A DNA stretch of 64,000 nucleotides from Raillietiella orientalis (Eukaryota). The DNA lies in the NCBI GenBank assembly GCA_036172245.1, contig JAYWIR010000013.1, positions 2,542,001 to 2,606,000 on the forward strand, given 5' to 3'. Shown here piece after piece: positions 26,080 to 37,778 of the stretch; position 1 is the first letter of the stretch; the number at the start of each line of letters is the position of its first letter. A program made the position numbers and the translations under genes. The notes under the pieces are model-generated. The model saw only the letters and a program-made list of their open reading frames with translations, was not told the origin of the DNA and did no database searches.

Positions 26080-28157
26080 CGTCCTTCGTTGCTCCTCGAG
26101 CTCAATTCCATTCCGTCTTCCTTGTGCGTGGTGCCCACGTACATCCACTAGGACGTTCACGGCGCAAGCGCAGGAGAAGATGGATGTGGAGGCTGCAGCC
26201 GGCAATGGAGTTTCTACCCCGGATGCTCGGCCCGCCTCTGACGCTTGTCTCGCCACCGGCGAGAAGCTTCGCCGCCTTCGTCAAGGCGGCGGCAGCAAAC
26301 GAAGCACCGCCCGACGAAGCGGAGCTGCAGGCATATGCACCCCACTGCTACAAGACTGCACTCTGCTATCAGGTGAGTGCTGCTATCTCCGACGGGGTCG
26401 GAGAAATCCTTTGGGACGAGCTTTTGCGCGTAGGGGTCCGACAGGACGACCTCCTCGCCGTCATGCCGGTTAACGCGCTCGGACACTGGGAGGTGCACTG
26501 CAAAGAGGCATCCCTAGTCCAGCGCCTTCTCCGCACCCCGCTGAACATACGCGGAAAGGAGGTCCTCCCGTCGGCCATGGACCAGTCGTTCGTGGTCCGA
26601 TTGTCCGCTGTCCAGGTGGACATGGACATGCCCAATCGCGTGCTCGTCGGTTCACTTGATGCATTCGCCACGGTGCACGCGCTGTGGGGAGAAGACAATC
26701 CGATCAAAAGGATTGCATCTCTCCACAGCGGACTTGCCATGGCGCGTGTCACTATGGCGGATAGGAGGCAAATGCCTCCGCACTTGCAGGTGGGCGATGC
26801 GATCGTTTACCTTAAATTTGCCGGTCAGCGACCGGCTTGCGGCATTTGCGGTGCAAAGGGCCACCGTCCGTGGACCTACCCTTCACGCAACTGCCGCTAT
26901 TGTAAACAGCTCTGCCACTCCATCAAAGAGTGCGCCGAGCTGACGAGAAAGCGGCAGGCAAAAAGCCGCGAACAATCTACCCCGTCCGCGTCGAAAAGAT
27001 CCCCCGTTGTGCCACGGGAGAAATCGAGCGCGAAGGGCGGGGCATCTTCGAGTGGCGGTCCCGCAAAAAAGGGCGCGGTTGCTTCAGGGAAGCCACCATC
27101 CCAGACAGCCGAGCAGACGGGAAAGATGCCACGTCGCCCTGGGGGCACATCGCCCCCTTCGAAGCAGCCCAACAGTGCGGGCACGCACTCACTGAATGCT
27201 GCTGAACCGTCCGCGTTCACTTGCGCGTCCAGCGGAACACACGGGAAACCGTGCGCAGGCACCCTCGGAGCTGCCTCCGTTTCGCCCGCATCGGCTAAGG
27301 AGCAGGTGCAGGGCGTAACGGGGACGGAGCCGTCTCCCGTCGCGAGCGCGAAACCTGAGCCGTTATCTCCGGCCAAACAATTGAGGGAGGCGTCGGCCTC
27401 CCAGGAGGACGTCCCCGACGCGGGCTGGACTCGCGTCTCCAGGACGCCCACAAAGGGGAAGAAGAAGGTTGACCCTTCAATATTCCCCATCCTTAAGGTG
27501 GGTGGGAAACAAAAGCGAAGCACGCCGAAGAAGGTGCGTACCGAGGTGCGCACTACGGCTGCGTGCTCTCTCTGTCGCTTCGTGTGAGAGGGCGCCTGCA
27601 GAAGCCAAAGCTCCAGAAGCTGCGTTGGCGACTGCGGCGACCCCCGCGCGGGCAGGGCAAGCTTCCACCTGCCGAAACAGAAAGAGACAGGCAAAACGCC
27701 AGTTTCGTGCCAGGCACTCGGACTCCGAGGTGGAGTCCGAGTGCAAACAAATGGAGCGCGCATCCCGGGGTAAGCCGGTAGCGCGCCGGGCTGAAGTGCG
27801 AAAGCACGAGCCTGTTTCCGGAGGAGGTTCCGGCCCTTGCACGGAGCCCGAGGCGATGATTCTCGGCTCCCAGGACTCAGCTGGGTGCGATGTGGCGATG
27901 AACGGGAGCGATTCCGCTTCCCAATCCGCTGTGTTGCCAGCTGACTTCTCGCCGGACGGCGCGAGGAGCACGCCGTCATGTCCGTAGCAGTAATGCGTGG
28001 ACTCGCGTCCGCCCGTCGCGTCCACACGGTCTGATGGAACGTCAACGGACTGCGTGACGCCGACAAGAGGCGGACGGTAGCCAACGCCTTGCGCACGTTC
28101 GCTCTGGTGCTGCTGCAGGAGATACACAGCATCTCCGAACGGCAGGCATCGGATCTG
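26080..28157 (+). mobile_element. Family B-related 5' fragment (ORF1 + start of APE)
   Basis: CGICGAKGHRPW, CRYCKQLCHSIKEC; TAATG 27991-27995; LLQEIH. Confidence 0.85.
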
Positions 28158-28772
28158 GAAGAGCCCATCCGCACAGAACTCAGCAAGTTCACGGAGATTT
28201 ACGCCATATGGCACAAGCCCAACGCCTTCACTTTCAGAGGCGCATTTAGTGGGCAAGTGGCCGCTCGCGTAACACTCCGCGAAAACATACAGCTAACAAA
28301 CTGCAAGTCAAGGACGAACTCGTTGATCTCTGGTACATGGGAAAGGAGAAATACTGCGGGCTGTGCAACACGTTTGGGAATCTGAAAAAGCGATGCCCGG
28401 ATGCCACATGCCCAACATGAGGCGAGAACGGCAACACTAGCGTGGTGTGCCCGAAGAACGTCGCCCAACCACCGTAAACCCCGAAAACACTAGAGGGGAA
28501 GAAGACGGAAAACAATAAACAATGCGACCTCCAGCCATCCTCAAAAGAAGTCATGCATCAGTAGCAGATTTCTCAAAAGGAGACTTCTGAGGCAACTGCC
28601 GACGAGGACGGCAGGAAGACGGTCGTAAATAAAAGCTAAAACATAATCAAAAAAAAACAAAAAATAACTCACAAAAAACAACAAATTCGAATGCGAGTGT
28701 TGCGAAAAAACCCGCGTAAAACACAAAGAAAATTTCGCCGTACAAGGTATTAAAGGAATACCGCTTTGAAAT
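28158..28772 (+). pseudogene. Family C ORF1 internal fragment
   Basis: IRTELSKFTEIYAIWHKPN..; decayed zinc knuckles. Confidence 0.7.
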
Positions 28773-31740
28773 TCAGTGCGTTCTTTCGATCGAGAGTCGA
28801 TCGGCGAACGCGAAACCATCAGCCGGCGCTGAAGCTGCGGAGCCACGATTGGACGTCTTCAGCCGTCGCTCCTGAGTTTCCGTTTTCCCGCGTTTGTGTT
28901 GTCGGTGATGGTTTAGGCAGCAATGCCTGACTCCGTCACCAGTGAGGATCACTGGTGATGGAGTCACCTGACAGTGTACCCATCACTCCATCACCGGAGA
29001 TGGAAGTGGAGGCTCCCGCCCCCACGGATGCGCCCCCGGCCCTACACAGGGCTTGGAACGCCGTGGCTGCCGCACCTACGCCGGCGGCTATGGAAGAGAT
29101 GCACGCCTACCTGGAGGAGGGGTATAACCCGCCCCTCTTATATAAGGTAGGAAATCTGTATTCACCAGAGAGCGCGCGTGCCTTTTCACAGGCGATGCGC
29201 GCTCTTGGCGTTAATAAAGAGGAGCTTCTGGCAATGTCCGTCAGAAGCGGGGTCAATTTGCGGAAGTGATATGCAAAGAGGCAACTCTTGCGAAGAGACT
29301 TCCAAGAACCCCTGTAATGATGAGGAGCCGGAAGCTTCTCCCGGTGACGGAAGAACGGTAGGTGATTATTCACCTGACCGGCATTACGTTCCGCATGACC
29401 AAGGAGGCCGTCCGGAACGAGCTAGATAAATTCGCCACTGTGCACACGCTGTGGGGCAAGCCCACTCCGTTGATTACGACGGGGTGCTTGGCGGCATGGC
29501 TACAGCGAGTCACCATTCGCGAGGGATGCGCGTTCCCGCACAAACTGTGCGTCAACGGTGAATCCGTTGACTTATGGTACGTGGGGAAACCGAAGTTCTG
29601 CGGCTGCTGCAGCAGTTTTGGGCACCTCAAGATGAGGTGTACGAGCGTGCAGTGCCAGTAGTGCAAAGAAACGGGACACAATCGTCATCTGTGCCCCCAA
29701 AACATAGTCCCTGTCGCGTCCTCCCGAAACGCGACAAAGCGCGCGGCTAAAAAACGCAAGCTAGAAGCGCGAGCTGCAGCTAAGGAGGTAACCTCCGCCA
29801 CCAAGGCGAAGGCCATCTCCGAGACCACGGTAGAAAACGCAGAGAAGGTTCAGGGCGATGGCCAAGAGCCAGGTTGGCAGGTCAACTCCAAAAAAAAAAT
29901 TCCTAAAAAGGAAAAGAACGTCCCGAAACGGAGCGAGACCGCTCCGCGCCGCGAAAAAACAAAAGGTTGCAAACTCGTTGTTGAGCGGATTCCCATCAAC
30001 GAGTGAGGCACTCTCGAACTCGCTGCTGCCACGCTCAAACCTCCGATGACAGTCAACAAGGAGGGGAGTGAGGCGGTGGCGTCCGTCACCGAGCCCACGC
30101 TCGATGACGTAGCTTTCCAGAGAGCGGCCCAGGCGCTCGCTGACTCGTTGCAGTCGGCCCTTCCAACGCTGGCAAGACCGTAAGGCGTCCGGCTTCCACC
30201 CAGGAGTCGGTAACTTCCGTCACCGAGGTGGAGGCCGGAAACGCAGCTTCCATGTCAACGGACCCAGCCGGAAGACGGCGCAAGTCCAAGAATCCCCGGA
30301 AGATCGTCTCCCCAGTCGAAGGGGAAGAGATGGCTTCCGTAAGCGATGGTGCCAAGAGCGTGGGAAACTCTGGGGACCCGTCGCCCTAGAAACTCCCGCG
30401 CCGCGACACGGAGATGGAGGGGGTAGAAGCCGTTGTCGAGGTGCCTGAGGTGTCTGACTCGGCAGTCGTCCCCATGGACCTTCCCAGCACCTGCCCCGCT
30501 GCAGGTGCCGCAACGCAACATTCCCAGCCATAATGCTGGCAATTGCCTCTCGCCGTCTTCTGCTGACCGCCTGTAGGAACGTCAACGGGGTGAGCGACGA
30601 TGGCAAGAGACGTGACGTGGCCGCCACCCTGGCATCCTTCCATCTGATGCTGCTGCAGGAGATCCACGTGATCTCCGCAGATCATGCCCGGGAGATCGAA
30701 CGGATCTCGGGTGGGCGGCTGCTGCTGTGTCGCCATCCTCCTTCGGCCAGCCATCGAGGCCACAGTTTAGGGTGTACGGTTTGATTCCGCCGGTCGCGTG
30801 GGCCAGCTGACTCTCAGCTGGTCCGACTCCATCGACCTGGTCGTCAGCAACCTGTGCGCTCCTCGCGGTAGCGAAGCGTCAAAGGTCAAGGCAAAAGAAT
30901 TCTACCTTGCCCTGAGACGTGATTGACTGTCCGAAGCAAACGTTCGCAAAGCGCACCTGATCGCAGGTGACTTCAACCTGCGCCTGCTGTCAGGTACGCC
31001 GGATACACAGAAGGACCGCGTCAACGAGTTGTGCGCAGAAATGCGCACACGCAACTTGTTGGCCGCAGATACGGACATGGATCGCAGCACCGATCACGTG
31101 TTTCTTGACCAGCACCTATGCTCTCGCGTGGGCAGGTGCTGCAAGTTACCGTCCGAGCTGTCCGACCGTCGCCCGATCGTGATCGAGGTTCATCCGCGCA
31201 ACAGGGGTCCCCCTTGTCAGCGTGGCTATTGCCAGAGGACTGACTAAAGCTCCCGGACGCGGCGTAACATCTCCGCGCGTTCATACGGAGCTTCAGGATG
31301 CGGACACTCCAGGACTGGACCGCTTTAAGCGGTCGGTCTAGGTGTTCTGCGACCAGTTCCCTCTCAACCGCCTACCTGAGAGATTTGGGGAGGAAGCACG
31401 TAACGAAAGTTGCAACCTTCAGGCCCGACGTTACGCAAGAATCCCCGATTTTCGCAGGTTAGCGGATTATCGAGCGGGAGCCGAGAGGCAAGCCTGGCAA
31501 TCCGGGTCGGCCAGCTTGCTGGACGACCAGGGTCGAGAACACTCGCCTCCTGCTCAGAAGCAAGGGATTGTGCGCAGCTTTTACTCCTTCGTGTAGCAAG
31601 AGCGCATCCGAAATGGGATGTCGCATGACTCCTTCAGAAAGATGCTCCAGCGATTGGGGATGAGAGGACCCTCGACGAACCTTTCACGATGAGCGACTTC
31701 ATCTCGGCCATCAGAATGCTAAAGAGACGCAAAGCTCCTA
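28773..31740 (+). mobile_element. Family C LINE, 5'UTR through APE and linker, decayed, 3'-truncated
   Basis: ATG 28923; AYLEEGYNPPLLYKVGNLYS; TAATG 30531-30535; LQEIH, AGDFN; ends at KRRKAP. Confidence 0.85.
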
Positions 31741-31775
31741 GCTAAAATAATTTCCCACGGTGTCGGATGATTACT

Positions 31776-31807
31776 GCGCAATCTGGGTAATGCTGATCAG
31801 GTTGTGC
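31776..31807 (-). other. CRESS-DNA virus origin-like stem-loop with nonamer CAGCATTAC on the strand opposite Rep
   Basis: Stem gcgcaatctg/caggttgtgc (10 bp, two transition mismatches); 12-nt loop whose reverse complement contains CAGCATTAC (one mismatch to CAGTATTAC); TATA-like tatataaaa and Rep ATG (31911) downstream. Confidence 0.65.
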
Positions 31808-31996
31808 TCAAGAAAACTATGCAGTTAAACTATGCAGTTAGGCAGTATATAAAACCACCGATTACATCCGCACCAGTCCTACCTCCAGTGAATTAGCTCA
31901 TATTAGCACCATGCCGTACGCACTATTCTTCAATTTATGCCTCACTGTGTACCTACAGGGAAAAAGAATTCAAGGCCATCAAACAGTGTTGCCGAT

Positions 31997-34900
31997 CCAG
32001 GGTTTTCGCGACATTCCCCACCTGCTGTCCGATCACCCTTTGGTTCGGTTTTCCCACCGCACGGAAAATCCTCGATGGCAAAAGGACACCAGGGCAGCGC
32101 TCACCTGCACGCCCGCCTGGTTTGAGACGCATCCCTGTCACCAGAAGGTCATCGAGGCGATTCCACGGTACACCATCATCCGCAGAGTCGCCGACTGGGA
32201 CAGGTTGAAGCATAGGATCCATCTTTTCTGCAATATGCAGTATTTTAGCAAGCGACTGAGGCAGGAAGCGTACCAGGAGCTCAACATCCAAGACCACTCC
32301 CTCTCAAAGTACTACGATAAGTACGAGAGTCGGTACGTCTTCCAAAATGTGAAAGTGGAGGTCGGCGTGCTGGAAAAGAAGAATCTGGCGACGGAAATCT
32401 GTATCCAGTACGGCGGCCAGAATCGACACACGTCAGAAGACATCGTGGAAGCATTCCATCAGCACTACGAGAAACACTTCCGAAGGCAACACCTGTGTCA
32501 GTCTATGCAACGCACTTTCCTCAGCTACCTCAAGAAAAGGACAAGCGATCTCCAACGTGACAGACTGGAGGATTTCTCCGAAGATGAGGTGAAAACGGCT
32601 TTTGGACAACTGCGGAAGGACGTGGTAGCGGGCCCTGACAGTGTACCCATCACGCACTATCAGCGCTATCTGCACGCCTACCTGTGCTTGTTCCATCAGC
32701 TCACCCTCTGCATCCGCGAAGAGCAGTTGAATTCATAAAGGAAGTAACAGGCACGTATATATCAAAACATTGGAGAGTACTGAGCTATTGGGAAAGGTTA
32801 TATGGCTATCTCGAGCCTAAAAGTTCAAACGAGGTAATTGATGAAGTTGAAGATTGGCTACACACCGAAAAAGATATGGAAGCTGCAATGGGAGAGTGTA
32901 ACTTCCTTAATGGGATGTACAAAGCAACCAAGGAGATAATGATTAAAGAATTTATCCACCCAAACGAATATGTGACCCTTGATGAGTGGACAGCAAAATG
33001 TGGATGGACAAGGAGGAAGGCAGGTGACAATTTGGCACAAACAGTGGACATAGAGGGAAGAAGACATCCGCGAAGAAGGCCGACTACCAAAGTCCTTCAA
33101 CGAGAGTCGGATAAGATTGCTACCAAAAGGAGGCAACCTCACGCAGGTCGCTCAATGGAGGCCAATCTAAATCCTGAACTCCGACTCCAAGTGGTTGGCG
33201 AAGATCTGGTCCAACCGCTTAGGCAAGGTCATGCCGAAGCTCATCTCTCCGGTCCAGACATGTGCGGCGCCCGGACGCCACATGTTGGACAATGTCAAGT
33301 GTGCCCAGGCCACCGTGGGACTCAGCCGGTACGTCGGCGAGGACCTGGTGCTGGTGTTCACGGACATGGAGAAGGGTTTCGACTCCACCGACCATGGGAT
33401 GCTGCTGCAGATTCTGGATATGCTGGGCCTTCCGCAATACTTCAGCAACTTCGTGAGGATGGTACTCCAGAACCAGTATTGCCGAATCAAGATCAACGGC
33501 GAAGATACGGCAGCTATTAGCATAGAACGGGGAGTCCGTCAGGGCGATTCGCTAAGTCCCATGCTATTGGTCATCTACCTGGAGGCGCTGTAGTCGTTCA
33601 TCGAGAAGAGTAGATGCCTCCAAGGCATAAACATCGATGACCAGCGGTTCACCCACCTGACGACGCACCCGCTGACGACCTTCTCTTCTTCATCAAAGGA
33701 GAACGAAATCAGTGTGCGTTCATGGATGTGGTGACGCTCATGGAAGAAGGCCTGGGATTAGGAATCAACGCCCAGAAGAGCCTACTTTTGCCCGTCAGAA
33801 TCCTGGACCTCTCCGCACTCACGGGGAAAGGATTCCGAACGGTGGACACGGCCAAGTACCTGGGAGTCTACATAGGCGACGACTCCGCGTCGAAGTTGCT
33901 GTGTACGGAAATCCTGGGGAGAACGGCCAAGGAAGCAGCAAAATACACTCGACTGGACTTTCGGATGAAGCGAAGGGCCAACCTGTGGAACGCAGTACTC
34001 CTTCCAAAGGTGCTCTTCGGGACGGCCTTTGCCAGGTTGAACAAAGAAAACAACAGAGAAGTGGAAAATCTGCAGAGGAAAACCCTCTGGGGGAAATACC
34101 GTCCCAGGGTTAGACTGAAACCCTTGTGTCGTCCCAGGGAAGAAGGCGGCTTCGGGATGAAGTCGCTTGCACATTCCATGGAAATCATGGATACGCGACA
34201 CATCCTGGGAATCGCTACCCACTGGGATGACTGGCCGTATGCGGCGCACAGGGCCTACGCGTTGTTGTGGAACAGCTCGAAAGGTCTGATGACTGCGCTG
34301 CTAGGCCAAACAAGGGAATGGAGAACCATCGACCCCACCTGGACTAGAAAACAAAGGCTAGTGCGAAAGCACAAGATAAAAATCGTGCCCAAAAGTAGGG
34401 AACTCTGGCAGGAGTCCATCCTGGTGATCCCATGGATGCTTCCGGTCCCCCAAGACACGAGAAGCTGGATCCACCAGCGGTCCAGAGTTACCCTACAACG
34501 CATGCAGGAGTTCAGAAGAGGAGTATACCCACATCACACTCGTATACTTCGGTATATAGAGATGATGGTGGGTAGGTTCACCCATATGACCCGCGAAGTG
34601 TGGATCAACCACGATGACCTCGCGTGGTTCAGGGTGACCAAGAGGAACCTCCGAAGAATGATTAAGGATGAGGACCAAGACACCAGTGCCCTCCAAGAAG
34701 CCGCCGATCGCTACGGCAGTAACCGTTTTAACCTGTTGGGGATTGGCACGACACTCTGGAGGAGTGACCTTCCGCCGAACACTCTGGACGATCTCCTGAT
34801 GTTCTATAATGGAGGAATCCAGACCGGGTCCAGATTCAAGCACTTCACGGGAAAACGGGAAGATGAAGACTGCACGGCATGTGGAGACATCGATACGAGA

Positions 34901-35400
34901 CTACACATCTTGACGTGTCCCACTTCGCTACGCGACTGGCTGATCCTGAAAAGGATCATAGGACTCAACAACAGGTCTGTGATCGAAATCCTCGCCGGAA
35001 TGTTTCAGGGAGATGGTAATGTTCCCTGTTACAATCTCATGGTGAGGACGACCATTGCCCTCTTCATCACCGTGATACTTGTACGGTGGTGGAATATGAG
35101 GAAAGCCAGGAGAACAGGAACCCCTATGGAGATCCTACAAGGACTCATCCGTAAGGAGATCGGTATCAGGAACTATGGACGACTCCAAGCCTGGACGTAC
35201 CGATTCATCCTGAAGAGGATTGAGGACGACTCCCGGGACCAAACATCTGGAAACCAACTCTAAATGCAGAACCCCTTTGAGTATCCCAACGGACCTTCAA
35301 GTGAAGTGAAAGTGGTAATATATTGTGAATGGAAATTGTAGTATGAATGTTTAAAAATTGAAAAATACATTTACCCCACCCCTTGTGGGACTTGAGGAAA
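31997..35400 (+). mobile_element. Family A LINE, 5'-truncated, with ~19-bp TSD
   Basis: atcaaacagtg(t/g)tgccgat at 31978-31996 and 35401-35419; RT and C-terminus to 35263; same 3' hairpin. Confidence 0.93.
32723..33064 (+). other. Endogenous viral element: toti-like RdRp fragment inserted in the LINE RT with a 12-bp TSD
   Basis: catccgcgaaga at 32711-32722 and 33065-33076; stop-free frame HWRVLSYWERLYGY..EVEDWL..TLDEWTAKCGWTRRKAG, resembling the N-terminal motif region of toti-like RdRps. Confidence 0.7.
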
Positions 35401-35519
35401 ATCAAACAGTGGTGCCGATGCAACTGCATCTTTGCCTGCATTGGCAAAGAAAGAGCTCAAACTGGAACTCCGCATCTACAAGGATACATCCAACTAAAAG
35501 AACCCAGGATTCTTTCCAT

Positions 35520-36084
35520 TCAGCGTACGCGGACGAACTGCTGCTGCTGCTCTCTATGTCCATCCTGGCTTCGGCTGTCTAGGATTTCTTCGACCTGCTC
35601 AGTCTGGAAAAAAGACTAAGAGGCCGTACGGCACTAAGGCACTGCAGGACGCGAATAACCTGGAACAAGATCTTGACGGCCTCTCCGTTCTCAGCTGGAG
35701 TCAGCGCGTCGAGACCGTCTCTAAAGACGTTTCCTTGGCACAGCGTTTGACTAACACCCCGCTGAATGTAGATGGCCGCAAGATCTTGCCGGTTTCATGG
35801 ACCGCTCCGTAGAGGTCCATCTTACCGGCATGACTAACCGGATGCCTCAATCTGCCGTTAGCGCAGAATTAAAAAAATACGGGGAGGTGCACGCATTGTG
35901 GCCGATGCCCACCATCTTTGAAGGCGACAATAGCCATTCCGGGGGACAGGCCGGGACGCGTGTCACTGTTAAGGAGAATTTTGGCCTTCCCCACAAACTG
36001 GAGATTGCCCAGGAGTGCGTCGACCTATGGTAAGTGGGAAAACCAAGGTATTGCGGCAACTGTAATGCTGTAGGACACCTCCGC
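35520..36084 (+). pseudogene. Small RT fragment (AYADELLLLL) followed by a family C-like ORF1 fragment
   Basis: VHLTGMTNRM..LPHKLEI..GKPRYCGNCNAVGHL. Confidence 0.7.
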
Positions 36085-37650
36085 ACGGCGATCGGCACGT
36101 TCCGCAAAGGCAAGTTTCAGGGCAAGTTTCCGGCGAGCCGCAACGGGCCGCGGTTTGGAACGCCTTCGCGGCCCCCATCCTACGCCCCTCGCTTTTTGTT
36201 TGCCCCGCCCCCGTTGAAGTGAAGAGGACAAAGGAACTCCTCTGCATCGCCCTTTGGGGCAAGGGGAGGCCCCGAGTCCCACTGAAGGACTTGTGCGCTC
36301 CGCGTCGCGACGGCGGTCTAGGCCTCCTGACGCTGGAACGCGAGGAGATACAGCTGCGATGGCGCACCCTCGCCATCGCAGCGAAGCTGTGGAGCACCCC
36401 TTGGTGCACTCCGGCCCGTCTACTGGCCAGCCGTGTGTCCCGGTGCGAGGGACTCGCGTCATTTCTTCTGTGCCGCGGCCGGAAGATCAGAAGATGCGGC
36501 CTACTGCTCGGGCGCATGGCAACCCTGGCCAGAGAGAACAGCTGGATGGTTTGCTGCCCCGCCAACTCCCCCGCCTTGCTGGAGGAGAACATCGGAACTT
36601 GGGCAATCGTAAACCAGAGGAGTCACGAGACGTGGAATCGTCTCCGATGCAGACCCTACGCCCCCTGCACGCTGAGGAATCTCCTGGAGAGTCCAGCAAG
36701 AAGCACGTGGGCAGAGACGACCTGCCTGGCTACGGCACTGCCCTTCCTGAGGAGGGCGCTTAACAGCAGCCGGACGCCAAGGTGGCAAGTCTCCTGCTGC
36801 ATCGAGGGACGGGAGAAGATGATGAGCGGCTCGACCATGGGTGAACTGGCGGATGCCACGACCCCGAGCGTCCAGCCTCGAGGAATTTTGAGATAGGGCG
36901 AGCTGCTCGCCATCCCGTTGGATGAGCTGAAGTGGCCCCCAGTGATGAAGAAACAATGCAGGTTGCTGCCCCTCAAGTGGCAAGAGTCGGCGTTGCTCCT
37001 GTTGCACTGGGGTCTACCCAGCAACGCACGCCGCTTCCACTGGACGAGGGGAGCTGTGGATCCTGCGTGTGCCAGGTGCGGGGAGCGGGAGTCGCTCCCC
37101 CACCTTATTGTGGATTGTGCTGCCCTCCGACCCCTCTGGGAACGGTTCGGGACAACCCTCGGGCTCCCTACGGGCAGCGCCCCCAGAGACGTTCTCCGGC
37201 TCCTTTTCGTGCGGGACGCTCTGCAGCCAGCCGCAGCCCTCGCAGCCCTGTGCTGCGTCCGAGGCATCGTGGCGGCCTGGAGCGACGCCAACAGCGAAGA
37301 CCGCGACACGAACGAGAGGGAAGTCATCCTGTATGCTGTCAGCTTAATGCGGAGAGCTGCTCGATGGCCCCACCTGGAAAATATGCGGACAGACCTCGAG
37401 GGCTTCCTTCGACGGATGGGCGCTCCTCACAGCGTCCAGTGATCCCTTCCCTTCCCTCCAAACTCTTTTTGTTTGTTTATTCCTTTTATTTTTCCTTTTG
37501 TTTTTCCCCCATCCCCTTTCGCTGTCGGGGAGTGCCACGCCGGGCTGCGTACCGGTGTTCCGAGAGGTCCCGTGTCTAAAGCCGCAGTGGGGCCTTATAC
37601 CACGTATGTGAGTTTTTCAAATAAACGCCCCGGGCGTACCCGGGTGATAA
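36085..37650 (+). mobile_element. Family C-like LINE 3' part (ORF2 C-terminus, 3'UTR, terminal hairpin)
   Basis: LCAPRRDGGLG; CARCGERESLPHLIVDC; aataaacgccccgggcgtacccgggtg at 37620-37646. Confidence 0.85.
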
Positions 37651-37778
37651 CGCCCCGAATGGCGCGGACCTGACGACCAGAAGGACGAGCAGAGTTTTTC
37701 CTTGCCCTGCGGCGCGACTGGCTGACCGAGGCAGTCGTGCGGATTGCCCGTCTGGTTGCAGGCGATTTTAACGTTCGC

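Larger units (their letters stand above)
31911..35505 (+). pseudogene. rep: CRESS (circo/cyclovirus-like) Rep N-terminal fragment in two pieces, 31911-31996 and 35401-35505, split by a LINE
   Basis: Joined reading (one frameshift): MPYALFFNLCLTVY-YREKEFKAIKQWCRCNCIFACIGKERAQTGTPHLQGYIQLKE, giving RCR motif I-like CLTV and motif II PHLQG. Confidence 0.8.

Noticed and set aside
32684..33520. 278-aa ORF as a virus-LINE fusion gene
   Set aside because: The viral frame is out of frame with RT. The remainder is an alternative-frame read of RT with no credible start.
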